Shown: in pieces, positions 9,776 to 21,900 of the stretch
Position numbering within the stretch: position 1 is the first letter of the stretch
Layout of the letters: every line of letters starts with the position of its first letter
Made by a program: the position numbers and the translations under genes
Notes under the pieces: model-generated
The model's input: only the letters and a program-made list of their open reading frames with translations
What the model was told of the DNA's origin: nothing
Databases searched by the model: none
Origin: a bacterium
GTDB lineage: Bacteria > BMS3Abin14
Assembly: GCA_020350725.1 (NCBI GenBank)
Contig: CP070719.1
Span: forward strand, 1,515,404 to 1,579,403
Reading direction: 5' to 3'
Length of the DNA stretch: 64,000 bases

Positions 9776-9850
9776 ATGAAGCGCTATATGGTTCCCCGCA
9801 TCGCTCACTGCGACGAAGGTTGCCCGCAACGGTCCTGGGCAGGACGGTAA
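9776..9850 (+). CDS. tiny ORF (24 aa, MKRYMVPRIAHCDEGCPQRSWAGR)
   Basis: GGGAGG 7 nt upstream, TATAAT at 9703, ends 10 nt before bidirectional terminator; no homology claim. Confidence 0.2.
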   Translation: MKRYMVPRIAHCDEGCPQRSWAGR

Positions 9851-9860
9851 AAGGCCTAAA

Positions 9861-9898
9861 GCGGGAAAAAATGCCCTCATTGAGGGCTTTTTTCCCGC
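9861..9898. terminator. bidirectional rho-independent terminator
   Basis: GCGGGAAAAAA-tGCCCTCattGAGGGC-TTTTTTCCCGC nested perfect palindrome. Confidence 0.7.
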
Positions 9899-10276
9899 AG
9901 TGTCCAGTGCCTTGGGTCCGGAACCCCGGATCGTGGTCCCGGCGATGCAGGCCTTCTCCCCGTCTCCCTCCTGAGCTCCGGTCTCTGATGTCCAATGTCT
10001 GATCTCTAATCCCTAAAATCCAATGTCTCATCCCCGATCATCCTTTTCCCTCAGCAAAATCGTTTTTTATTGACTGAAATGCCGCTGTTTGCTATCAAAT
10101 TGGGGCAATTTCCGATTTTACCCGGCTCTTTCGGGGGTGTCGAGGGCCGCCTGTACATTTCTTTGAGACATAATGTTCGTGCCCTTAAAGCGGTTGAATT
10201 CAGGATAAAGACGTAGTATTTTAGTAAGGTATTTGGTGGCACTATAGGCCACCGCCTTAACCAAAAGGAGAGCACT

Positions 10277-11518
10277 ATGAAGAAAAGAGGTCTGATCCTA
10301 CTGGTAGTTCCCTTTCTGGCGATTGCTTTCTTCGTTGCCCCTGCCCATGCAGTCGACAGTATCGTCATCGGACACCCGGCCGCCCTTTCCGGAAGCTACG
10401 CCAAGGCCGGCGAGCAGGCGGTGGGAGGGGTTCAGGCGGCCGTTGACTGGGTGAACTCGGTCTACGGCGGTGTCAATGTGGGCGGCAAGAAAGTCCCGCT
10501 GGTTTACAAGTACTATGACTGTGAATCCAAGAAGGAATCCGTCACCAGCCTCCTGGAGAGGCTGATCACCACCGACAAGGTGACCGTCACCTTCGCCCCC
10601 TACAGCTCCGGCCTCACCCTCGCCGGGGCTCCGGTGGCCGAGAAGTACGGCATCGTCTACATGGATCACGGCGGCGCTTCGGACAAGATCTTCACACAGG
10701 GCTTCGAGTACGTCGTCCAGACCATCGGCCCCGGCTCCAGCTACCATGTCGGAACCCTCGAGATGGTCAAGAAGATCGCCCCCGACGTCAAAAGAGTAGC
10801 CCTTGCCTACGAGGACTCCGAATTTGCCCGGTCCGTCATGGACGGCGCGGAGGCCAAGGCCAGGGAACTGGGCTTCGAGGTGGTGTTCAAGCGAACGTAT
10901 CCCATGAAAGTGGAAGACCTGACCCCCCTCCTCTCAGACCTCAAGGCGTCCGATCCCGAGATCGTCATCGGGGGCGGTCACTTCCAGGACGGCCAGCTGT
11001 TCAACAAGCAGATGGCAGACCTGGACATCAACGTCAAGCTCCTGTCCCTGATCGCCGCCGCCACCCTGCCCGCCTTCGGTGAGGCCCTCGGCGATCTGGC
11101 GGAGGGCGTCATGGGCCCGTCTCACTGGGAGTACGGCGTCACCTTCTCGGAGGAGGGCGCAAAGGCCGCGGGCATGACATGGATCGGCCCCAGCCAGGAC
11201 GAGTACGTCGCCCTGTTCAAGAAGGCCGTGGGCAAGGACATGCTCCCCGACTACCACGCGGCCGAGGCCAGCGCCCAGGTGCTCGCCCTGGTCCTGGCGG
11301 TGGAGAAGAGCGATTCGGTGGATTCCGATGTGCTCCGCAAGACCCTGGGCGACCTGACCTTCATGTCCTTCTACGGCGGATGGGATATCGATGACACCGG
11401 CAAGCAGATCGGCCACTCCATGGTGAACGTCCAGTGGCAGAAGGGTGAGAGGAAGATCATCTGGCCCGAGGATGCCCAGACGGCCAAACCGGTCTTTCCG
11501 AAGCCTGACTTCGAATAA
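10277..11518 (+). CDS. livK: branched-chain amino acid ABC transporter substrate-binding protein
   Basis: signal peptide MKKRGLILLVVPFLAIAFFVAPAHA; Peripla_BP_6-like sequence; SD AAGGAGAG. Confidence 0.8.
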   Translation: MKKRGLILLVVPFLAIAFFVAPAHAVDSIVIGHPAALSGSYAKAGEQAVGGVQAAVDWVNSVYGGVNVGGKKVPLVYKYYDCESKKESVTSLLERLITTDKVTVTFAPYSSGLTLAGAPVAEKYGIVYMDHGGASDKIFTQGFEYVVQTIGPGSSYHVGTLEMVKKIAPDVKRVALAYEDSEFARSVMDGAEAKARELGFEVVFKRTYPMKVEDLTPLLSDLKASDPEIVIGGGHFQDGQLFNKQMADLDINVKLLSLIAAATLPAFGEALGDLAEGVMGPSHWEYGVTFSEEGAKAAGMTWIGPSQDEYVALFKKAVGKDMLPDYHAAEASAQVLALVLAVEKSDSVDSDVLRKTLGDLTFMSFYGGWDIDDTGKQIGHSMVNVQWQKGERKIIWPEDAQTAKPVFPKPDFE

Positions 11519-11611
11519 TTCATTTGGCGTCAAGGACCGGTCCCACCGGAAGGGGCCGGTCGTCGCCAGTTCTTGGTAATAATTCTGTAGGATATTGGTG
11601 GCATGGTTGAG

Positions 11612-11643
11612 GGCGAAAGCGCTCCATAAGGAGCGCTTTCGCC
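11612..11643 (+). other. intercistronic perfect 14-bp stem-loop (GGCGAAAGCGCTCC-ataa-GGAGCGCTTTCGCC), no U-tract
   Basis: read from sequence between livK and livH. Confidence 0.7.
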
Positions 11644-11686
11644 GGATTCCATCCCCATCCCCAGGAGGGTCTGCGAGGATGAGCCA

Positions 11687-12769
11687 GTGATCTTTGAACA
11701 ACTATCCGGAAACCTTTTGCAGGGCCTCGTCCTCGGTTCTGTCTACGGGATGGCGACCATGGGACTGAGCCTGATCTTCGGTGTTCTGCAGGTGGTCAAC
11801 GTGGGGCACGGCGCCTTCATCATGGTGGGGGCGTTTACATCCCTGATGATGTTCCAGGCGGCGGGCGTCCCGCCGGTGTTGGCCATCCCGGTTGCTTTTG
11901 CCATCGGGATGGCCCTGGGGATGCTCTTCTACTTCGGGGCGTTAAAGCCCCTCGTTTCCCCGAGTGGTTCGGGCATCAAAAGTCTCGACATGAGGGCGGT
12001 CGGCATGGGGGCGGGGATTCTTGTCGCTCTGCTCGTCGTCATGAGATTTCTTTCCGCGGCCTTCAAGCTCCACTTCGCCATCACTCTCTTCGTGGCGATC
12101 ATCTTCCTGTACGGTTTCCTCCTCTATATCTATGGAGGGCGCCGTCAGGACAAGGCTCCCGAGCTGGCCACCCTCCTGGTGACGTTTTCCATCGGCGTTA
12201 TCCTCGAGGAGTCCGTTAAACAGCTGTTCACCTCCGAGGCGAGGGGCTTCAACTGGGCTATCGGCAAGCTTGACCTGGGCGTCACGGTCCTTCCCTACAC
12301 CAAGCTGATCGCCAGTTTCGGCAGTCTGACCATCGCGGTCCTCCTCTACCTGTGGTTCCGGAAGACCCGTGCCGGCATGGCCATGCGCAGCGTCGTCGAG
12401 GACGACGTGGGAGCCCGGGTGTGCGGCGTCAACGTGGACTGGCAGTACGCCCTGAGCTTTTCCCTGGGGATCGGCCTCACGGTGACCAGCGGCGTCCTCC
12501 TGACCATGTTCATCCCGGTGGGGATCAATCCCTACATGGGAGGTCCCTACACCCTCAAGTCCTTCGTCATCGCCGTCCTCGGAGGTTTGGCCTCCCCCTA
12601 CGGAGCCTTCTTCGGCGGCCTTGTCTTCGGCCTGGTGGAGAACGGCTCCTACACGCTGTTCGCCCAGTTCCAGGGGCTTGAGCCCTTCGCCATGACCCGT
12701 TTCTTCTCCTTCGTCATGCTCCTGGTGATCCTTCTCCTCAGGCCCACCGGCCTCCTGAAGGTGAAATGA
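11687..12769 (+). CDS. livH: branched-chain amino acid ABC permease
   Basis: hydrophobic LivH-like. Confidence 0.8.
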   Translation: MIFEQLSGNLLQGLVLGSVYGMATMGLSLIFGVLQVVNVGHGAFIMVGAFTSLMMFQAAGVPPVLAIPVAFAIGMALGMLFYFGALKPLVSPSGSGIKSLDMRAVGMGAGILVALLVVMRFLSAAFKLHFAITLFVAIIFLYGFLLYIYGGRRQDKAPELATLLVTFSIGVILEESVKQLFTSEARGFNWAIGKLDLGVTVLPYTKLIASFGSLTIAVLLYLWFRKTRAGMAMRSVVEDDVGARVCGVNVDWQYALSFSLGIGLTVTSGVLLTMFIPVGINPYMGGPYTLKSFVIAVLGGLASPYGAFFGGLVFGLVENGSYTLFAQFQGLEPFAMTRFFSFVMLLVILLLRPTGLLKVK

Positions 12770-13764
12770 TGCGGCCGGTCAGGGCCTACTATCCGATTCT
12801 GCCGGTCCTCATCGGCTACGGGATCCTCTTCGGGATCGGACAGATGGTTCCGGGCAAGTGGCAGCTCATTTCCCAGCTGGCCTTCTTCTGCGCTCTGGGC
12901 CAGGCCTTCAACCTTTTTATGGGCATGACGGGGTACGTTGACTTCGGCTACGTGGCCTTCCTGGGAGTGGGAACCTACGGCATGGCCGTGTCCATATACT
13001 ACCTCTTCGACAAGGGGTTGGGCCTGACCATGATCGTCATCGGCATGATCCTGGCCGCGGTGTTCTCCACCCTTCTTTCCCTGGCGGTGGGGGCTGTGGC
13101 CCTCCGATTGAGGGGGGCGTATTTTGCCATCGCCACCATAGGCGTCAACGAGGGTTTCCGGTTCCTCATCGAGGGGGCCAGGATCTGGAACGGATCGGAC
13201 GGCATGATCTTCTCCCGCCACATGAAGACGGCCTTCGGCAGGGAGACGGCCATGGCCCTGTCCATGAAATGGGCCGACGTGATCGTCTTCGGGGTAGCAT
13301 TTCTCGCCGCCGTCATGACCCTCCTCTACATGAGGAACAAGGTGGGATACGCCCTGACGGCCCTGCGGGAGGACGAGGACGCAGCCAAGGTGATGGGCAT
13401 CAACGTGACCAGATACAAGCTCATCGCCTTCATCACCAGCGCCATCCTGGCCGGCCTTTTGGGAGCATCGGCCTGGGCCCTCAAGCTCACCTACGTTTAC
13501 CCGACAGACGTCTTCGCCATCCACTACACGGTGGAGGCCATCATCATCGTCCTCCTCGGAGGCGCGGGCACCCTTCTCGGCCCCATCGTGGGAGGGCTGA
13601 TCTACGGCGTATCGAAATACTACCTGGCCATTGTCCTCCCCGGTTTCCAGCTCATGATCTTCGCGCCCATCATCATCATGATCATCGTCCTGTTCCCCGA
13701 GGGCACCGTGGGGATCCTCAAGAAGAGGGTGTTTGGAACACCCCTCGAGAAGTTTATTATCTGA
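12766..13764 (+). CDS. livM: branched-chain amino acid ABC permease
   Basis: LivM-like, overlaps livH stop. Confidence 0.8.
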   Translation: MMRPVRAYYPILPVLIGYGILFGIGQMVPGKWQLISQLAFFCALGQAFNLFMGMTGYVDFGYVAFLGVGTYGMAVSIYYLFDKGLGLTMIVIGMILAAVFSTLLSLAVGAVALRLRGAYFAIATIGVNEGFRFLIEGARIWNGSDGMIFSRHMKTAFGRETAMALSMKWADVIVFGVAFLAAVMTLLYMRNKVGYALTALREDEDAAKVMGINVTRYKLIAFITSAILAGLLGASAWALKLTYVYPTDVFAIHYTVEAIIIVLLGGAGTLLGPIVGGLIYGVSKYYLAIVLPGFQLMIFAPIIIMIIVLFPEGTVGILKKRVFGTPLEKFII

Positions 13765-13772
13765 GGTGAGAG

Positions 13773-14522
13773 ATGTCCCTGTTGAGAGTTGAGAATGTCA
13801 CCAAGCGGTTCGGCGGCCTCGTGGCGGTCGATGACATGTCCTTCGAGATCAGGCACGGTGAGCTCATGGCCATCGTCGGGCCAAACGGCGCGGGCAAGAC
13901 GACGATGTTCAACCTCATCAACGGCGTTTTTCCCGCCGATGAAGGGAGGATCATCTTCGAGGACGTCGACGTGACCAGGTACCCCGCCTATAAGAGGGCC
14001 CACCTGGGCATCGGACGCACCTTCCAGATCCCGAGGCCCTTCGCCTCGGCCACCGTGAGGGAGAATATAGCCATCGGCGGGATGTTCGGCGCGGCCGGTA
14101 GTGAGATCAGCGTCGACCGGGCCATGGAACTCGCCGATCACTATATCGATATCATCGGCCTGAAGGAGCACCGGGACAAACCGGCAGGAGGCCTCACCCC
14201 CGTCGAGAAGAAGCTGGTGGAGATCGCCCGGGCCCTGGCCATGAAACCCCGGCTCCTGCTCATGGACGAGGCCATGGCCGGCATGAACCCGAAGGACATC
14301 GACGAGATGGTGGCTTTCATCAGGGAGATCCGGGACACAGAGGGGATCGCCATAGTGTCCATGGTCGAGCATATCATGAGGGCCGTGGCCGGCCTGGCCG
14401 AGAGGGTTATCGTCATGCACCAGGGTGCGCTGCTTGTCGACGAGCCTACTCAGGAAGCGCTGAGCGATCCCAGGGTCATCGAGGTCTACCTCGGTCAACC
14501 ACCGGAGGAGGCCCATGCTTAA
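13773..14522 (+). CDS. livG: ABC transporter ATP-binding protein
   Basis: GPNGAGKTT Walker A. Confidence 0.85.
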   Translation: MSLLRVENVTKRFGGLVAVDDMSFEIRHGELMAIVGPNGAGKTTMFNLINGVFPADEGRIIFEDVDVTRYPAYKRAHLGIGRTFQIPRPFASATVRENIAIGGMFGAAGSEISVDRAMELADHYIDIIGLKEHRDKPAGGLTPVEKKLVEIARALAMKPRLLLMDEAMAGMNPKDIDEMVAFIREIRDTEGIAIVSMVEHIMRAVAGLAERVIVMHQGALLVDEPTQEALSDPRVIEVYLGQPPEEAHA

Positions 14523-15222
14523 GGTGGAAAAACTGGAATCCGGGTACGGCCCCATGCAGGTCCTGTGGGGACCAAACCTGCAGGCCGAGGCCGGAGCGAT
14601 CACGTCCATCCTGGGGCCCAACGGGGCGGGAAAGTCCACCTTGCTGTGGACGATCCTCGGTGGTGTCACGGCGCGTAGGGGAAAGGTGGTCTTCGAGGGC
14701 AACGACGTCACTGAGCTCCCCGCCCACAGGAAGGTGGACCTCGGCATCACCTTGGTCCCTGAGGGAAAGCACCTGTTCAAGGAGATGACCGTCTACGAGA
14801 ACCTGGTCATGGGAGCCTACCGCAAGGAGGCCCTGGCGGAAAAGGAGAAGACCCTCGACCTGATCTACTCCCTTTTCCCCATTCTCGCCGAGCGCCGGAA
14901 CCAGAAATCGGGAACCCTGTCCGGAGGGCAACAGCAGATGGTCACCATCGGCCGATCCCTCATGACGAAGCCCAAGCTGATCATGATGGACGAACCGAGC
15001 CAGGGGCTGGCCCCGAAACTTATCATGGAGATCTTCGAGACGGTCGAAAGGCTGAAGGAAGAGGTGGGGCTGACGATCCTCCTGGTGGAACAGAATGCCG
15101 CGGCCTCCCTCGACGCGGCCGACTACGTCTACGTCATGCACGAGGGGACGATCAAGGCGGAAGGGACGCCGGAGGTGATCAAGGCGTCCGACGAAATACG
15201 GGAAGCTTATCTGGGCATTTAA
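14515..15222 (+). CDS. livF: ABC transporter ATP-binding protein
   Basis: GPNGAGKST, LSGGQQQM signature. Confidence 0.85.
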   Translation: MLKVEKLESGYGPMQVLWGPNLQAEAGAITSILGPNGAGKSTLLWTILGGVTARRGKVVFEGNDVTELPAHRKVDLGITLVPEGKHLFKEMTVYENLVMGAYRKEALAEKEKTLDLIYSLFPILAERRNQKSGTLSGGQQQMVTIGRSLMTKPKLIMMDEPSQGLAPKLIMEIFETVERLKEEVGLTILLVEQNAAASLDAADYVYVMHEGTIKAEGTPEVIKASDEIREAYLGI

Positions 15223-15433
15223 TGAGGCGCGCGATAAAGGGCAATCTGCCCCTCGACAGGCTCGGGGCCCTGAGCAGAGTCGAAGGGCTGCGTTCTCGCC
15301 TTTCGGAAATCCTCGACGTATGTCCCACATATGCCTCCGGTCTCCTCAAGACTGCGGCCATCCATCTCACCCATTCTCACGCGCCTTTTAAGTCCTATTA
15401 GCTGTTAATTATCCTCCTCATCGGGGTTCTCCT

Positions 15434-15501
15434 GTTTTGGCTTTTGGATTCGGGACTTTGGGCTCTCCTTAGCACTCAGCACCTGGCTCTTCGAACTAAG
15501 A
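15434..15501 (+). repeat. heptamer arrays TTTTGGM x4 then CTYAGCA-type x5
   Basis: ttttggc ttttgga ttcggga ctttggg ... cttagca ctcagca cctggct cttcgaa ctaagaa. Confidence 0.6.
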
Positions 15502-15502
15502 A

Positions 15503-15554
15503 GGTGTCAAGCCTGCAGGCACCAGACAGTGAAATATGACCTGCAAGCTTGACA
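15503..15554. promoter_or_regulatory. 16-bp inverted repeat (GTGTCAAGCCTGCAGG / CCTGCAAGCTTGACAC, 15/16) with 20-bp spacer, right arm overlaps guaB -35
   Basis: read from sequence. Confidence 0.55.
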
Positions 15555-15577
15555 CTTTCTTCTATTGTTACTAATCT
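15548..15577 (+). promoter_or_regulatory. sigma70 promoter TTGACA-N18-TAATCT for guaB
   Basis: perfect -35; -10 with conserved T1A2T6. Confidence 0.5.
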
Positions 15578-15593
15578 CCCTAAATTCACCTAG

Positions 15594-17159
<1,566 letters not shown>

Positions 17160-17163
17160 TCAA

Positions 17164-17191
17164 TCCAAAATCCAAAATCTAAAATCCAAAA
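17164..17191 (+). repeat. heptamer array TCCAAAA x4
   Basis: tccaaaa tccaaaa tctaaaa tccaaaa immediately after guaB stop. Confidence 0.8.
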
Positions 17192-17239
17192 AGGACATCA
17201 ACCACTAAATATTAAATGATCACGGTAACTTAGAAAAAG

Positions 17240-17267
17240 TTTTGGCCTTTGGATTTTGGCCTTTGGA
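17240..17267 (+). repeat. inverted heptamer array TTTTGGM x4 (partner of 17164..17191)
   Basis: ttttggc ctttgga ttttggc ctttgga; 48-bp AT-rich spacer between arrays. Confidence 0.8.
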
Positions 17268-17290
17268 CTCAAGGATCGTGAGGTAAACCG

Positions 17291-18859
17291 TTGCCAGGCG
17301 TCGACATCCACGACGAGAAGGTCCTGATCCTCGACTTCGGGAGTCAGTACACGCAGTTGATCGCCCGGAGGATCCGGGAGCAGAAGGTCTACTGCGAGAT
17401 CCTTCCCTGCACCGTTCCGCTGGACAGGATACGGGAGTTCGGAGCCAAGGGGATCATCCTTTCCGGTGGGCCGTCCAGCGTCATGGATGACGATGCGCCC
17501 ACGGTTTCGGCGGAGCTTTTCGAGCTCGGGGTCCCGTTCCTCGGCATCTGCTACGGTATGCAGCTCATTACCCATCTCCTGGGGGGAACTGTGGGCAGGG
17601 CCGAGAAGCGGGAATACGGTCACGCCATGCTCACCATCGACAGCAACGCGGATCTCTTCAGGGGTTTCGAGACCGGCGAGGCCAATCAGACCAAGGTCTG
17701 GATGAGCCATGGCGACCGCATCGAGTCGGCCCCGGAGGATTTCGTCCCCATCGCCCATACGGACAACTCCCCCATAGCAGCCATGAGCAGCCGGGAAAGC
17801 AGGATATTCGCGGTCCAGTTCCATCCTGAGGTGGTGCATACCCCTCGGGGTACCCACATCCTGGAGAATTTCCTCTTCTCGATCTGCCGGCTGTCGCCGG
17901 TGTGGACGGCCAAGTCCTACATCGAGATGGCCATCGAACAGATCAGAGAGAAGGTGGGCGGGGAAGGGAAAGTCCTGTGCGCCCTGTCCGGAGGAGTGGA
18001 TTCCTCCGTCGTCGCTGTCCTGGTTCACCGGGCCATCGGGGATCGCCTCACATGCGTTTTTGTGGACAACGGCCTTCTCAGGAAGGGCGAAAGGAAACGG
18101 GTAAAAACGGTCTTTTCAGATTACTTCCACATCCCTCTCATTGTCCTGGACTCCGGCCCCGAGTTCCTGGAAAAACTGAAGGGTGTCGAGGATCCGGAGA
18201 AAAAGAGGATCATCATCGGCAACGAATTCATCCGCCTGTTCGAGATCGAGGCCAAGAAGCTCGGCGACGTAAAGTTCCTGGCCCAGGGTACCCTCTACCC
18301 GGACGTCATCGAGAGCGTGTCGTTCAAGGGGCCTTCGGCCACCATCAAGACCCATCACAACGTCGGTGGCCTCCCCGAGAAGATGGACCTCGAACTTGTC
18401 GAGCCCCTGAGGGAACTGTTCAAAGACGAGGTCAGGGAGGTGGGCAGGGAGCTCGGTATCCCGAACGAGATCGTGGGACGGCACCCCTTCCCCGGTCCTG
18501 GCCTGGGCATCAGGGTCATAGGCGAGGTCACCGAGGAGAGGCTGGCTGTGCTGCGGGAGGCCGACGCCATCGTCCGTGAGGAGATAAGGGCCTCGGGACT
18601 TTACGATACCATCTGGCAGCTCTTAGCCGTTCTGCTCCCGATCAAGACGGTAGGGGTCATGGGGGATGAGCGGACGTATGAGAATGCCATCGCCGTGCGT
18701 GCCGTGCACAGCATGGACGGAATGACTGCCGACTGGGTGCACCTGCCCTACGAACTGCTCAACCGGATATCCAACCGGATCATCAACGAGGTCAAGGGGG
18801 TCAACAGGGTCGTCTACGACATCAGCTCGAAACCCCCGGCCACCATCGAGTGGGAGTAA
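17291..18859 (+). CDS. guaA: GMP synthase (glutamine-hydrolysing)
   Basis: GATase [21 protein letters not shown]-PPase SGGVDSSV; TTG start. Confidence 0.9.
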   Translation: MPGVDIHDEKVLILDFGSQYTQLIARRIREQKVYCEILPCTVPLDRIREFGAKGIILSGGPSSVMDDDAPTVSAELFELGVPFLGICYGMQLITHLLGGTVGRAEKREYGHAMLTIDSNADLFRGFETGEANQTKVWMSHGDRIESAPEDFVPIAHTDNSPIAAMSSRESRIFAVQFHPEVVHTPRGTHILENFLFSICRLSPVWTAKSYIEMAIEQIREKVGGEGKVLCALSGGVDSSVVAVLVHRAIGDRLTCVFVDNGLLRKGERKRVKTVFSDYFHIPLIVLDSGPEFLEKLKGVEDPEKKRIIIGNEFIRLFEIEAKKLGDVKFLAQGTLYPDVIESVSFKGPSATIKTHHNVGGLPEKMDLELVEPLRELFKDEVREVGRELGIPNEIVGRHPFPGPGLGIRVIGEVTEERLAVLREADAIVREEIRASGLYDTIWQLLAVLLPIKTVGVMGDERTYENAIAVRAVHSMDGMTADWVHLPYELLNRISNRIINEVKGVNRVVYDISSKPPATIEWE

Positions 18860-18930
18860 GGATAAATCCGGTTCCATATTTCAGGTTCCAGGTCGAGAAC
18901 CTCGACTACTAGGCACGGGACACTGTTTTT

Positions 18931-21900
18931 ATGAAGCACGTCGATTTTGTCCATCTGCACGTCCACACCTCCTACAGTCTCCTGGATGGGGCCTGCCGCG
19001 TTCGGGAGCTGACGGATCTGGCGGCCAAGATGCGCTTCCCGGCCCTGGCTGTAACCGACCATGGGGCCATGTTCGGGGTCATCGATTTCTACCAGAGTGC
19101 TCTGAGGTCGGGGATCAAGCCCATTATCGGCCAGGAATTCTACGTCGCCCCAGGCAGCCGCACCGAGAGACAGCCCGACGGGTATGGCGAAGTGGCCTAC
19201 CACGTCGTTCTGCTGGCCCGGGATCTTGCCGGCTACCAGAATCTCCTGAAGCTCTCCTCGGAATCCTTCCAAAGCGGGTTCTACTACAAACCGAGGATCG
19301 ACAGGGAAATTCTCGAACAGAACCATGAAGGTCTGATCGCCCTGTCGGCCTGTCTCAAGGGAGAAGTGGCCAGGCGCTTTCTGAAAGGCAATGAAGGAGA
19401 GGCGGTCGAGGCTGCCGCCTGGTACAGAGACGTGTTCCAGGACTCGTACTATCTTGAGATTCAACATAACGGCCTCGAGGAACAGGCCCGGGCCAACGCG
19501 GGCCTGGCGAAGATAGGCACCGATCTGGGAGTCCCCCTGGTTGCGACCAACGACGTTCACTACCTGCGAAGGGACGATCAGCGCATGCACGATGTTCTCC
19601 TCTGCATACAGACGGGCAAGACGGTCAACGACGAGGACCGGATGAGGATGGATGCCCAGGAGCTCTATCTCAAGTCCGCCGAGGAGATGGCATCCCATTT
19701 CCGGGAGTTTCCCGAGGCCCTCACCAATACCCTTGAGGTGGCCGAGCGATGCAACCTGGAGATCCCCCTCGGAAAGACTCATCTGCCGCATTTCCCGGTC
19801 CCCGATGACATGACACCGCAGGCCTGCCTGGTCAGAGAGGTCCGGGAGGGCTTCGAACGCCGTATGGAGTCCATTCTGTCCGCTCTTGCCGAGGACGAGC
19901 GGGAGATGGTCCATACCAAGTATAAAACCCGCCTGGCGAAGGAACTCGAGACCATCACTGAGATGGGATTTGCAGGTTACTTTCTCATCGTCTGGGATTT
20001 TATCAGATATGCCAGGGATCAGGGTATCCCGGTCGGTCCCGGTCGTGGTTCCGCCGCCGGCTCGCTGGCCTCCTATTCTCTCGGGATCACGGACATCAAT
20101 CCCATCGAGTACGGGCTCCTCTTCGAACGCTTTCTCAATCCGGAAAGGATCAGTCTGCCTGACATTGACATCGACTTCTGCATGGACCGAAGAGACGAGG
20201 TCCTGAAATACGTCTCAGGTAAGTACGGCGAGGACAGGGTCGCTCAGATCATCACATTCGGTACAATGGCGGCCAGGGGAGCGATAAGGGACGTGGGGCG
20301 GGCCCTGGACATGAACTATGCGGAAGTGGATCGGATCGCGAAGATGGTCCCGGACATCATCGGCATCACCCTCAGCAAGGCCCTCGAGCAGGAACCCCAG
20401 CTCCGGGAGATGATGAAAAAGGACAAGAGGGTGGCTGAGCTCATAGAGCTGGCCCAGAAGATCGAGGGGTTGCAGCGGCACGCTTCCACCCATGCGGCAG
20501 GGGTGGTCATCAGTGACCGACCGCTGAACGAATATGTTCCTCTCTTCAAGGGTTCGAAGGGTGAAGAGGTCCTCACCCAGTATGCCATGGGCGACCTGGA
20601 AAAGGTGGGCCTGGTCAAGTTCGACTTCCTCGGCCTGAGAACCCTCACCCTCCTTGACAACGCCCTCACCCTGGCCAACAGGAGGCTTGAGAGGGAGGGA
20701 AGGCCCGCCATCTCCCAGGAGGGACTCCCTCTGGACGATCGGACGACGTATGAACTCCTGTCACGGGGTGATACCGACGGCGTGTTCCAGCTGGAGAGTT
20801 CCGGCATGAAGGATCTCCTGGTCAAGATGAAGCCCGGTTCCTTCGAGGAACTCATCGCCCTGGTGGCTCTCTACCGTCCGGGTCCGCTCGGGAGCGGGAT
20901 GGTGACGGATTTCATTAACCGTAAGCAGGGACGACAGGAGATCACCTATGACCTCCCTCAGCTAAAGGGAATCCTCGAGGAAACCTACGGCGTGATCGTC
21001 TATCAGGAGCAGGTGATCCAGATCGCCAGCGAGATCGCCGGTTACAGCCTGGGCGAGGCGGATCTCCTCAGAAGGGCCATGGGAAAAAAGAAGCCCGAGG
21101 AGATGGAAAGACAGCTGGAACGATTCATGGATGGGGCGAAAAAGAGGGATATCCCCCAGGCCAAGGCGAAGAAGATCTTCGACACCGTAGTCTACTTCGC
21201 CGGATACGGTTTCAATAAATCTCACAGCGCCGCCTACGCCCTGATCTCCTACCGCACGGCTTATCTCAAGGCCCATTTTCCGGAAGAGTTCATGGCCGCC
21301 CTGCTCACCAGTGAGATGGACAACTCGGATAAAGTCACCGGACACATCGGCGTATGCAAGGAGATGGGGATCAAGCCCCTGCCCCCCGATATCAATGAAT
21401 CGGAGATCCCGTTCAGCGTCGTCGAAGGGGGCATCCGTTTCGGTCTGGGAGCCGTAAAGAACGTCGGCCTGGCGGCCCTCGACGAGATCCTTCGGCAGAG
21501 GGAATCGGAGGGTGCTCCGTTCCACTCCCTGGAGGACTTCTGCGCCAGGGTCGATCTCCGGAAAGTCAACAGAAGGGTGATCGAAAGCCTCATCAAATCA
21601 GGGGCCTTCGACGGGTTCGGCGGGCACAGGGCTCAGAATCTGGCCGCGCTCGATGGAGCCATCGAGAGGGGGCAGAAGGTTCAGAAGGACCGAGCCAACG
21701 GTCAGATCAGCATGTTCGACAGCGCCATGGAGGCCGATCCGTCCCATCTGCTTCCGGAGGTGGAACCGTGGAGCGAACATCTCCGGCTCAGCTACGAAAA
21801 GGACAGCCTGGGATTCTACATCAGCGGACACCCGCTCGATAAGTACCGTGCCGACCTGGACAGATACATCACAACCGATCTGGGCAAACTGGGCGAACTG

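Noticed and set aside
13620-14780. Long antisense ORFs (e.g. 13620..14780-, 18814..19914-, 25636..26706-, 29635..30477-, 30428..31504-, 43093..44262-, 46850..48334+, 59514..61445-, 3089..4597-)
   Set aside because: They overlap sense-strand genes that have unmistakable family motifs (ABC ATPases, DnaE, RpsA, Rel). Their products are Arg/Gly/Pro-rich and low complexity, which is typical of a GC-rich frame artefact.
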